64,000 nucleotides of DNA from a virus (Duplodnaviria; Heunggongvirae; Uroviricota; Caudoviricetes), in IMG/VR virus record IMGVR_UViG_3300042890_003920; one strand, 5' to 3'. The notes beneath the pieces are model-generated. The model saw only the letters and a program-made list of their open reading frames with translations, did not search any database and was not told the DNA's origin. This document shows, one piece after another, positions 55,333 to 63,613 of this stretch. How positions within the stretch are numbered: the stretch's first letter is position 1; every line of letters begins with the position of its first letter. The position numbers and the translations under genes are program-made.

Positions 55333-55834
55333 ATAGTAATTGTCTTAATTTTAATTCTCTTAGTAATTTTGTATCTCCTTTTCTTTTAATGTAAGAAACT
55401 ATTTCTTTATTTATTTCTTGTTCGGTTTTTTCAACTTTAAGCCAATCAGATTCTCTTTCATATCCGATACTTGTTTTAAATATATCATCATGAAAACAAT
55501 TTAGATTTACTGTAATTGTTGGTAAACCATCACCTTTAAACTTATAGTCATTGTCAAGAAATCTTCTTTCACTACCATAGTAACTTTCATCGATTTCATA
55601 TCCCCAACCTTGTAGAAATGAGAATACTCTTTCAAAGAATTGTGATTTTGTTCTGTTGTATTGTTTACTTACTTTTACTTCACCAGTTAAAAATTCCATA
55701 CCAGATGTACGAACTTTATCAAACTTTGAGAAACGTACATTAGGATCTTCGGCAGATTCTGATTTATCAATCATATTCTTTATCCCAAGTTTATCATATA
55801 TTTCTTTGATAGTAAGTATTCCTTTATCTTCCAT
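55322..55834 (-). CDS. hypothetical protein
   Basis: ORF 170 aa. Confidence 0.5.
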   Translation of the reverse strand: MEDKGILTIKEIYDKLGIKNMIDKSESAEDPNVRFSKFDKVRTSGMEFLTGEVKVSKQYNRTKSQFFERVFSFLQGWGYEIDESYYGSERRFLDNDYKFKGDGLPTITVNLNCFHDDIFKTSIGYERESDWLKVEKTEQEINKEIVSYIKRKGDTKLLRELKLRQLLYEI

Positions 55835-56298
55835 TATCCTAATAAAAATTTTAATTTTTCATTACGTTCAACCATTACTTTGAATTGTGGATTTTTAAAT
55901 ACCCATTCTCCAAATACTTTTGCAGGAATTCTTTTAACTCTGCAATTATCATCTTCACTATGTACCCAAGCCCCAGTTGTAGTAGCAGTACGTTGATTTC
56001 TATCCCACGATCTATGGAATACTTTTACGGTAACCGACTTTTTATTTTTTCTGATAACACGAACTTTATCATTTGGATGTAATCCACCTTCGTATCTACC
56101 TTTGTTATTGAATTCTATTACTTCATCTTTGTTGATATTCTCAACAACAATTTCAAAGATAGCTTGTTTCTTTTCAGCTTCTCTTGCTTTATTTTCCGTT
56201 TGTAACTGAATAATTTCTCTTTCTAAACTTTTTATAGTTCTGAATCGGGCTCTAATTTGTTCTTGTGTTTCGTTATACTTAACAATTACTTCTCTCAT
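55834..56298 (-). CDS. hypothetical protein
   Basis: ORF 154 aa, ATGA overlap. Confidence 0.5.
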   Translation of the reverse strand: MREVIVKYNETQEQIRARFRTIKSLEREIIQLQTENKAREAEKKQAIFEIVVENINKDEVIEFNNKGRYEGGLHPNDKVRVIRKNKKSVTVKVFHRSWDRNQRTATTTGAWVHSEDDNCRVKRIPAKVFGEWVFKNPQFKVMVERNEKLKFLLG

Positions 56299-56307
56299 AT
56301 TGAATTT

Positions 56308-56607
56308 TTATAGTATTTTGTTTATTTGTTGTTCTCTCCAGTCTTCTACTTTCATAAATAGATTTGCTGGTAACCATCCTTGTTTTGATGGTCCACCATT
56401 GCCACGAAAATCTTTTAAGATAACTGCATCTATAAGTTCATTTGTTTCTATATCAATAAAAACCTTACCTATCATATTTTCTACATCATAGATTGTACCA
56501 GGTGTTAGCCAGTCAAATGTGAATGGAGTTCTATCGTTATATAACGCTTTCCCGTTAGAATGGAACTCTACATCAGATATATTTGATATACAAATCATTT
56601 GTAACAT
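56308..56607 (-). CDS. family-B small protein (MLQMICISN…VEDWREQQINKIL)
   Basis: family motifs. Confidence 0.6.
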   Translation of the reverse strand: MLQMICISNISDVEFHSNGKALYNDRTPFTFDWLTPGTIYDVENMIGKVFIDIETNELIDAVILKDFRGNGGPSKQGWLPANLFMKVEDWREQQINKIL

Positions 56608-56679
56608 ATTAGTGAAATTTTTTATAAAGATATAAAAAGATTATCAATGTAACAAATAATTTTTTTTAATATATAATCT

Positions 56680-57369
56680 ATGACATTAAATGAAAAAGAT
56701 AAACAAAGATTGTTATTATTCTTAGAAGACAATGAATTAGACTATACTCCAATTGATAATGGTATAATTCGTTTTCATCTTATTGCTGAGGATGGTATGA
56801 CTTTTTATGTAATAAACAACGAAGATGAGTATTTAATCACCAAATATAACAAGGATAAAGACAGACCAGGGTCAGTTCCATACGAAAACTATCAATTTAA
56901 GACACTTTCAGAGGTTTTAGAGCAATTAAAGTTCTATGACAATAATTTACCTAAAGTATACTGGGAACCTACATTAGAGTCAATACAAATAGGTTTTGAT
57001 AAAGATAATCATATAGAGGATTGGTATTCATCATTTATTAAAGATGATTGTTATAAAGTTGAAGAAGATGATCAATATAAATACTTTTCTTATACAAATG
57101 AAGGTTATAAACCAGAATTGATTTCACCATTTAATACTTTACACGAAGTAAGTGCTTTTAATGATTTGCAATTAGAAAAGATTGATAAGTTATACTTTGA
57201 AGTACATCCAATTTCTTGTGTAAAGAAAAGGGAAAGTTATTTAGTAAAGTTATTATGTAATAATGATAACATTTTCAAAGAGTATATAAACTATAAAGTT
57301 TATAAAGAAAAGGGATTAAAACTAATGTTGAATACTTTATTCAATGATATGGAAAAATATAAATTATAA
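56680..57369 (+). CDS. hypothetical protein, 229 aa
   Basis: ORF; ttaatatataatct motif upstream. Confidence 0.55.
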   Translation: MTLNEKDKQRLLLFLEDNELDYTPIDNGIIRFHLIAEDGMTFYVINNEDEYLITKYNKDKDRPGSVPYENYQFKTLSEVLEQLKFYDNNLPKVYWEPTLESIQIGFDKDNHIEDWYSSFIKDDCYKVEEDDQYKYFSYTNEGYKPELISPFNTLHEVSAFNDLQLEKIDKLYFEVHPISCVKKRESYLVKLLCNNDNIFKEYINYKVYKEKGLKLMLNTLFNDMEKYKL

Positions 57370-57866
57370 TGAAGTATTTAAAAACATTTGAAACAATTGA
57401 CTTTAATGACATTTTTAGTTTAAATGGATCAAGAGCTAAAAGAGAAGAACTTAAAGATTTCTGTGAGACATATTTGGCTTATCTTATGGATGATAGTATA
57501 AAAGAATTGAAAGTTGGTAAACCAACACTATTACAAACTGAAAAATATGTTTGTTATAATGTTGAGATATACTTTAATAAAAGTGTACACTGGAACCAAA
57601 TTAAAGATCAATTTATACCTTTTCTTCAAATGATTCAAAAAGAATATGTTTTTAGAGAAGATAATATAGGAAGAATGTGTTCTATTGCATGGAGAGTAGA
57701 AGATAGTTTGGTTACAATACCTAAACAATATACTTTAAAAGAATTATTAGAAGATAAAATAGAAACTAATTTTACTTTTGAGTTAGGTTCTGATCGCAAA
57801 GCATCTATACAGGGTAATGTTGGTTCAATAAAATTAGATATATTAGAAGAAGTTAGTAAAGGCTAA
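57369..57866 (+). CDS. family-A protein
   Basis: MKYLKTFETI…DFCETYLAYLMDDS…VHWNQIKDQFIPFL. Confidence 0.65.
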   Translation: MKYLKTFETIDFNDIFSLNGSRAKREELKDFCETYLAYLMDDSIKELKVGKPTLLQTEKYVCYNVEIYFNKSVHWNQIKDQFIPFLQMIQKEYVFREDNIGRMCSIAWRVEDSLVTIPKQYTLKELLEDKIETNFTFELGSDRKASIQGNVGSIKLDILEEVSKG

Positions 57867-57873
57867 CTTCTTC

Positions 57874-58188
57874 TTAGATTTCTTTCAAACCATTAAAAAC
57901 AATTTTTTTATAATCACAATCAATAAAAGCTCTTTTCACTTTATCACCTTGACCACCTCTCCATTGATTTTCATTAAACCATTGTGCAAACTTAACAAGT
58001 TGTGTTCTGGTTATAAGTCCAAACTCTTCTGGATATTCCAAAATATATTTTTGTGAAAATTCTCTTGGCTCAGGAATAAGTTCTAATGTTTGAGACCAAC
58101 GAGAAGTGTTATTTTCATCGTGCCATAGATAACCATTATCTTTTTTAGTTCCTTGTGCGTCGTATTTTTTACCTGTAATTATATTCAT
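57874..58188 (-). CDS. hypothetical protein (start MNIITGKKYD)
   Basis: -7 box TATATTTG at 58208..58215 preceded by TTTG; ORF-track start lies upstream of the promoter. Confidence 0.45.
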   Translation of the reverse strand: MNIITGKKYDAQGTKKDNGYLWHDENNTSRWSQTLELIPEPREFSQKYILEYPEEFGLITRTQLVKFAQWFNENQWRGGQGDKVKRAFIDCDYKKIVFNGLKEI

Positions 58189-58268
58189 ACTTTTAATTTT
58201 AGAACTACAAATATACAAACTTATTTTAAAGTGTGAAAATATAAAAGTATAATTTAATATATACTTTT

Positions 58269-58604
58269 ATGAAACACTTAAAACAATTTGAAAGTTACTT
58301 TGATAAAGACTCTCTATGGACTGAGGCGGATGGAGATGTAATCTTAAACGCATTTGATAATGAAACAATCACTGATGCAACAAAAGAAATAGAAACTAAA
58401 CCTGCTTATCGTTCAAATGGTGACCAAGTTGAAACAACATTTACATTTAAAATAGATGGTAGATCAATCTTTGTTCAGTATATAGAGTATCCTAATAGAG
58501 ATCCACATATTGTTATTAGAATAGGTGGTTATTTTACTACTATACCAACAGATAGTGAATACCGTACAGAGATTTTAAAAAGGTGTATGGATACTATAAA
58601 ATAA
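58269..58604 (+). CDS. small protein with MKHLKQFESY N-terminus
   Basis: taatttaatatatactttt motif abuts ATG. Confidence 0.55.
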   Translation: MKHLKQFESYFDKDSLWTEADGDVILNAFDNETITDATKEIETKPAYRSNGDQVETTFTFKIDGRSIFVQYIEYPNRDPHIVIRIGGYFTTIPTDSEYRTEILKRCMDTIK

Positions 58605-58606
58605 AT

Positions 58607-58635
58607 AAAAACCACTCATATGAGTGGTTTTTTTA
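58607..58635 (+). terminator. rho-independent terminator
   Basis: accactca-ta-tgagtggt hairpin followed by T-run. Confidence 0.8.
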
Positions 58636-58787
58636 TTATACTAATTCTGCTTTTAACTTTGAAAGAACAATTTCATTTTGTTTAATTCTTCTAAGTTTTT
58701 TAACTTGGTTAGCTCTGTTCTTTTTAGGTTTCCCTTCTTTTTTTGATTTTGACATAATGAGTGAGTAATTTTTTTTATATTTAATTG

Positions 58788-59522
58788 TTAGACTAAATCT
58801 CGTAGTATGATTGACTTCTTTGCTAATGGTTCTTTATAAACCATTCTTAAAGTAATTCTTTTAAAATTTTGATTTATAAATGTTGGTGATTGCCATTGTG
58901 TTATGGTACTAATAAATGTGAAATATTGTGAAAATACTTCAGACATTTTTTCAAGCATTGTTTGTAATTCATTTTGACTATGATCTGTTTTATACTTAAA
59001 TGAAAAAATAAACTGATTTACATATTGATTGGATCCACCTTGTAAAATACCAGATTCTCTGGTTCTATGAATTGCTTGTTCAAAACTCCATTCATTTACA
59101 TCTAATCCTAATGTTCTAAATAAATTTATTTTACTAATTACAATTGATGATGGATTTACTTTAAACACTGTTGTATTTGTATTAAACCAAAATGTAATCA
59201 TCACTGATGTATCACTGTTATTCCAAATCTTAGTAGATGTTTGTAATCCTTCTTTCATGTTAGTAAGTTGATTACAACCAGTTATAATGTTTTCTAATAG
59301 TGTATAGTAAGTAATTATTTTATTAGAGAAGTCGTGTATATCTAAACTAGTATCTGGTAGTATTCTAGGAAAACTAACTAGTACAATTCCACCAGTTTTT
59401 TTCTCGATTACTATATTTGGATATTCATCTATTTGATATGCAAATACTAATTGTATATCTTCTATTAGTTCTGCTAATGGATCAACACGTTTTTTTGCTT
59501 CAAAAATCTTTAAATATTTCAT
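58788..59522 (-). CDS. hypothetical protein with MKYLKIFEAK N-terminus, 244 aa
   Basis: ORF. Confidence 0.55.
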   Translation of the reverse strand: MKYLKIFEAKKRVDPLAELIEDIQLVFAYQIDEYPNIVIEKKTGGIVLVSFPRILPDTSLDIHDFSNKIITYYTLLENIITGCNQLTNMKEGLQTSTKIWNNSDTSVMITFWFNTNTTVFKVNPSSIVISKINLFRTLGLDVNEWSFEQAIHRTRESGILQGGSNQYVNQFIFSFKYKTDHSQNELQTMLEKMSEVFSQYFTFISTITQWQSPTFINQNFKRITLRMVYKEPLAKKSIILRDLV

Positions 59523-59573
59523 ATTTTTTATATATTATTTTATAGAAATACTTTTTTAAATAAAAAATCCTGA

Positions 59574-59786
59574 TTACTCAGGATTTATAATGCTATCTAT
59601 TTTCTTATCTCTTACTTCTGCCTTTCTTAAACTTGCGTAGTAATCATATTTATTTTTGAAACCTAACTCTTCTAAAAGTAATCTTTCGTGTTTGTAAAAG
59701 TCATCTTGTGTTAAAACTCCTAATGTTTTACAAAAATGATTATAATCATCTAAATCATCATAATATGCGCTTCTCGAATCTCCCAT
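59574..59786 (-). CDS. small protein with family-B-like tail (…EVRDKKIDSIINPE)
   Basis: tail motif. Confidence 0.5.
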   Translation of the reverse strand: MGDSRSAYYDDLDDYNHFCKTLGVLTQDDFYKHERLLLEELGFKNKYDYYASLRKAEVRDKKIDSIINPE

Positions 59787-59824
59787 AATTTTATATTTTA
59801 TTTCTTTATTATAAGAAAAAAATG

Positions 59825-59832
59825 TATCTTTG
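59825..59832 (+). promoter_or_regulatory. plus-strand sigmaA-type -7 box TATCTTTG
   Basis: upstream of 59871..60347. Confidence 0.4.
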
Positions 59833-59870
59833 TTTCTTAAAACAATTAAGAATATAATAATATAATTGTA

Positions 59871-60347
59871 ATGATATTAAAATGTGTAACTGATAAATTT
59901 CCAGATCGTGTAACACGTGGTAAGTTATATCCGGTAGTGTTTACAGATGTATGGGGAAATAAACTACCACAGATAATTCAAAAGGGTTATTGTAGTATTA
60001 TCGATGATAATAAAAAAATAGCAACTGTTGATTTAGGAAAAAAGGAATACTTTATTGATTTAGAAGAGTGGAGAGAACAACAAATAAAAATAATAATAAA
60101 AAATAGTATGAGTCATTTAGAAGGTTACAATCAGTATTTAGTAAGTAATGCAAACACATTACTTAATTATATAAAGGAAAACAATGTTGAATATAACATA
60201 TCAAGTTTAGTTGAGTTGATAGATAATATAAATAACTCACTTGGAGATAAGTTAGATTTTTATGCTGAGCAGTTGGATAGGACTATTGCAATGGCACAGC
60301 TCGACTTTGGATACGTTCATAACAGAGAGCATAATTCAGTTCACTAA
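59871..60347 (+). CDS. protein with internal family-B motif (…DLEEWREQQIKIII…) plus C-terminal extension
   Basis: ORF 158 aa. Confidence 0.55.
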   Translation: MILKCVTDKFPDRVTRGKLYPVVFTDVWGNKLPQIIQKGYCSIIDDNKKIATVDLGKKEYFIDLEEWREQQIKIIIKNSMSHLEGYNQYLVSNANTLLNYIKENNVEYNISSLVELIDNINNSLGDKLDFYAEQLDRTIAMAQLDFGYVHNREHNSVH

Positions 60348-60382
60348 AAAAATACCACTCATTTGAGTGGTATTTTTTTTTA
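60346..60382 (+). terminator. rho-independent terminator (near-copy of 58607..58635 hairpin)
   Basis: ataccactca-ttt-tgagtggtat followed by T-run. Confidence 0.8.
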
Positions 60383-60393
60383 ATATATAGTAT

Positions 60394-60843
60394 ATGATAT
60401 ATATAAAACTCTTTGATAATTTTAATCCAAATCACTATATTATAAGTTCTGATAAAATAGACGAAAGTTTATTGAATGGAATTGATGCAATACTTGCACC
60501 TATCGGTGATGATGGTTACAAGTACAATCATTTTATTTATGATAAAGACAAAGTTCATAATGATAATAGAAGATTAGAGATAAGTATTTATGTAGAAGGT
60601 GAAGATACTTTTACGGAAAAATCTAATATTATTATCGGTTCTGAAATAAAAGAAGCGGTACTTACTTTACTTGATTTCTTGAAAAGAAGAACTGGGAATG
60701 AAGCAAGTATTTATGTTTGGGATCATAATGATTATCAATTCATTGATATGAAAGATACTGATACACACGGTCTTGAAGATCTTGATGATTTAAGAGAGGA
60801 ATATGCGGAAACAGATTCTATGAAAATAGTTGTATTATTATGA
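60394..60843 (+). CDS. hypothetical acidic protein
   Basis: ORF 149 aa; ttaatatatagtat motif abuts ATG. Confidence 0.5.
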   Translation: MIYIKLFDNFNPNHYIISSDKIDESLLNGIDAILAPIGDDGYKYNHFIYDKDKVHNDNRRLEISIYVEGEDTFTEKSNIIIGSEIKEAVLTLLDFLKRRTGNEASIYVWDHNDYQFIDMKDTDTHGLEDLDDLREEYAETDSMKIVVLL

Positions 60844-61250
60844 AGCATTTAAAAATATATGAAGCATTTGATGTTTTTAAAGACAAATTAGATGAATTAC
60901 AAGACTTTTGTGATACATATTTGGCTTATATGACAGATAAAGGTGTAGTTTTAACAGTTACTCCTAATAGTCGTTTATCTAGTACTATATTTGTACTTTC
61001 TGTTAGGTCTGTTGAAAGTAGAGATTTTGAATGGAATGACATAAAAGATTATTTCATACCATTTTTAGAAGTACTTACTAATAAAATTGGTCGTGGAAAC
61101 ATCATGACAAATTCTGATCCAAATCATGAATTTAAGTTTGTAAACAATAGAGGTGTATTTTATCGTAGTTTAGAAGATGTTATCGCTGATAAAGTTCCTA
61201 ATATTATGCCTTCAATAGAATCATTATCGTTCGCTATTAAGTATTATTGA
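60840..61250 (+). CDS. family-A protein
   Basis: MKHLKIYEAF…DFCDTYLAYMTDKG…FEWNDIKDYFIPFL. Confidence 0.65.
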   Translation: MKHLKIYEAFDVFKDKLDELQDFCDTYLAYMTDKGVVLTVTPNSRLSSTIFVLSVRSVESRDFEWNDIKDYFIPFLEVLTNKIGRGNIMTNSDPNHEFKFVNNRGVFYRSLEDVIADKVPNIMPSIESLSFAIKYY

Positions 61251-61532
61251 TAGTTTTTCATTTCTAATTTCTTGTAAGGCAAATGCTTCTAACCCTTCTA
61301 ATTCAACCAATTCAGGTGAATGTTTTATTCCTTTTTCATCTATTATAACTGTGAAGTGTGTACCATTTTTTTTGAATGTTATAAGTTTCATTGTACCATT
61401 CCAACCATATGATGATTTCACACCTAATTGTTTATCAACAAAATTTAATAAAATCGGTGAGGTTTCTTCGGTAAGCCAATTGTAAATTATCATATTAAAA
61501 TTTGTGTGATACTGGTATATTCTGACCAACAA
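61224..61532 (-). CDS. family-B-tail protein (…LQEIRNEKLSIILNSER)
   Basis: tail motif. Confidence 0.5.
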   Translation of the reverse strand: MLVRIYQYHTNFNMIIYNWLTEETSPILLNFVDKQLGVKSSYGWNGTMKLITFKKNGTHFTVIIDEKGIKHSPELVELEGLEAFALQEIRNEKLSIILNSER

Positions 61533-61953
61533 TTGCTAAAACACTTTTCTCAAATCTATTACCATCATTATCAATAAATATAACTTGATGAATACCTGGG
61601 GTTACTTTTACTTTCATTTTTGGTGTATCTCCTAACACTTTACCATCCAAAACCACTTTTGATGTTGGAGTTGAACTTATATTTAAGTAACCTGTTGGTT
61701 CTGATCTTAAATATTTTAGTAGAAGATTACCTATTCCCATAATAATTAGACCGAGTAGTCCAATCGCAATGGCACCAAGTACAATTACTAAATAAATTGC
61801 AACACCGATCCATAAAGGTGAAGTGACCCACCACCAAGACCAAGTCGCGACTTGTCCTACTCCACCTAGTTTAAGACCTAGAAATAAAAGAAAAAGTAAT
61901 CCAGCAAAGCTGATACCACTTGATTGTTGTTGTTTTGTTATAGTTTTCTTCAT
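61495..61953 (-). CDS. membrane protein (multiple TM helices)
   Basis: ORF 152 aa. Confidence 0.5.
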   Translation of the reverse strand: MKKTITKQQQSSGISFAGLLFLLFLGLKLGGVGQVATWSWWWVTSPLWIGVAIYLVIVLGAIAIGLLGLIIMGIGNLLLKYLRSEPTGYLNISSTPTSKVVLDGKVLGDTPKMKVKVTPGIHQVIFIDNDGNRFEKSVLAIVGQNIPVSHKF

Positions 61954-62001
61954 TTATATTTTATTTATTTTTTTGAAAAAGTTGAATTTAATATATACTT
62001 A

Positions 62002-62469
62002 ATGAAGTATTTAAAAAGATTTAATGAATCGGTAGATTTTGAAGAAAAGTTAAGAGATTTTTGTGAAACACATTTAGCTTACCTATTAGATGAGGGATTT
62101 GAAGTAGTTTTAAACGATTTAGATGAAACTTATGATTGTGAGATTACTATTAAAAGAGAAGATCAAAGAACATTTACTTGGGATGAAGTTAAAGATCATA
62201 TAGTTCCTTTTATAATACATCTTAACAAAGAATATGAATTATATAAAAGTGATGACTGTGATGATGATGAATATTTACCTGTAAAAGTTGGAGATGTTGG
62301 TTATATTCAATCTGAACTTTCTTCTTTATACGAACCATTCTCAATCGAAAATATTTCTGATGAGAGTTATGAACCATTCTTAGGTTACAAAATTGGACCT
62401 GATGAGTATAAAAATGATATGGGTACAAGATTATCTTCTATTGTTATTTACGCTGCTCTCGCAAACTAA
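62002..62469 (+). CDS. family-A protein (start MKYLKRFNES)
   Basis: family motifs; aatttaatatatactta abuts ATG; ORF-track N-extension rejected. Confidence 0.65.
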   Translation: MKYLKRFNESVDFEEKLRDFCETHLAYLLDEGFEVVLNDLDETYDCEITIKREDQRTFTWDEVKDHIVPFIIHLNKEYELYKSDDCDDDEYLPVKVGDVGYIQSELSSLYEPFSIENISDESYEPFLGYKIGPDEYKNDMGTRLSSIVIYAALAN

Positions 62470-62493
62470 TAATCTACTTTTCATATAATCTGT

Positions 62494-62706
62494 ATGAGTT
62501 ACGTTATAGATTTTGGTGGTACAATTATGGAAGTTCCCTTAACATTTTTCAAAAAAAACTTAGAATATAAAATAATTCGTCATGATCTTATTGGAGATAC
62601 GCACTTCATAAATTATGGTGGAATGACTATTTCTGTTCATAATAACATTTGGCAAAAAGTTCAAATAGATTTAAGAGATAGTAAAATAGATATTATATTA
62701 GAATAA
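62494..62706 (+). CDS. small protein with tail QIDLRDSKIDIILE
   Basis: ORF 70 aa. Confidence 0.45.
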   Translation: MSYVIDFGGTIMEVPLTFFKKNLEYKIIRHDLIGDTHFINYGGMTISVHNNIWQKVQIDLRDSKIDIILE

Positions 62707-62713
62707 TTTTTTA

Positions 62714-62721
62714 TATCTTTG
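62714..62721 (+). promoter_or_regulatory. plus-strand -7 box TATCTTTG giving near-leaderless start at 62727
   Basis: box ends 5 nt before ATG. Confidence 0.4.
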
Positions 62722-62726
62722 CGGTT

Positions 62727-62939
62727 ATGATAGTAGTATGTATAAATGAAAAATTAGCGGGGTTCACCTATGGTAGAATCTATCGTGTCACCGTCAAAGA
62801 TGATATTTACGGTTCAGGTTTACATTGGGTTATTTCAGATAGTGGTTTAGGTAAAGGAGTATTTTTAAGAAACTCTTTTATGACAATAAGTGAATGGAAA
62901 GCAGCAATAAAAAAAGAAAGTTATAATGATCTTATATGA
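62727..62939 (+). CDS. family-B-like small protein (MIVVCINEK…)
   Basis: MxVVCI start, G.IYRV. Confidence 0.5.
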   Translation: MIVVCINEKLAGFTYGRIYRVTVKDDIYGSGLHWVISDSGLGKGVFLRNSFMTISEWKAAIKKESYNDLI

Positions 62940-63327
62940 TATAGATAGTAATGAAATTATTAAAGTATTAAACTTTACTTATGATGAAGATTTTTCTAAC
63001 TACCGAAATTTGAGGAGAGCAGAAATGAAAAATATATCTTTTGATGTAGGTGAAGAATCTCATGAGTATATTAAGGATTGGTATTTAGAAAGTTTACCAG
63101 GTGGTAAACTACGTTTTGCTTCAGAATATAAACGTGATTTATATATTACTGATTTAAAAGATAAACAAATCAAACTAATAAATTGTTTTATCAAGTCTGT
63201 TGATGATAAAGATACATTTCTTACTGTTGGAATATATTGTGATAACTATATTATTGGTGATTCTACTACCTTCCCTGAATTAAAATCACTTTATCGAAAT
63301 GCGGTTTTATCTGTTTTAGGAATATAA
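62926..63327 (+). CDS. hypothetical protein
   Basis: ORF 133 aa. Confidence 0.5.
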   Translation: MILYDIDSNEIIKVLNFTYDEDFSNYRNLRRAEMKNISFDVGEESHEYIKDWYLESLPGGKLRFASEYKRDLYITDLKDKQIKLINCFIKSVDDKDTFLTVGIYCDNYIIGDSTTFPELKSLYRNAVLSVLGI

Positions 63328-63356
63328 AAAAAGAGAACTAATGTTCTCTTTTTTAT
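63326..63356. terminator. bidirectional rho-independent terminator
   Basis: agagaac-taat-gttctct hairpin with A-run and T-run. Confidence 0.8.
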
Positions 63357-63610
63357 TTTAATATATCATTGATTTTTTCGTCTCTTATTTGAGCTTCTGT
63401 TTTTAAGTATTCACTTTTATGTGGGCAAAGTCCTGTACCAAACTTAACTAAGTACCAACCATCAACATGATTTTGTTTTGCATCTATTAAAACATCATAT
63501 GATTGTCCTTCGATAAGAGAACAGTCTCCCCATACTCTATCAGTAAACTCAATAGATTCTACACAAATCATTTTAATAAATCTAGTCGGGTCTTTCGGAG
63601 CTTGCATCAT
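63353..63610 (-). CDS. family-B small protein (…AQIRDEKINDILK)
   Basis: MICVES…G.SYDV, tail motif. Confidence 0.55.
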   Translation of the reverse strand: MMQAPKDPTRFIKMICVESIEFTDRVWGDCSLIEGQSYDVLIDAKQNHVDGWYLVKFGTGLCPHKSEYLKTEAQIRDEKINDILK

Positions 63611-63613
63611 AAT

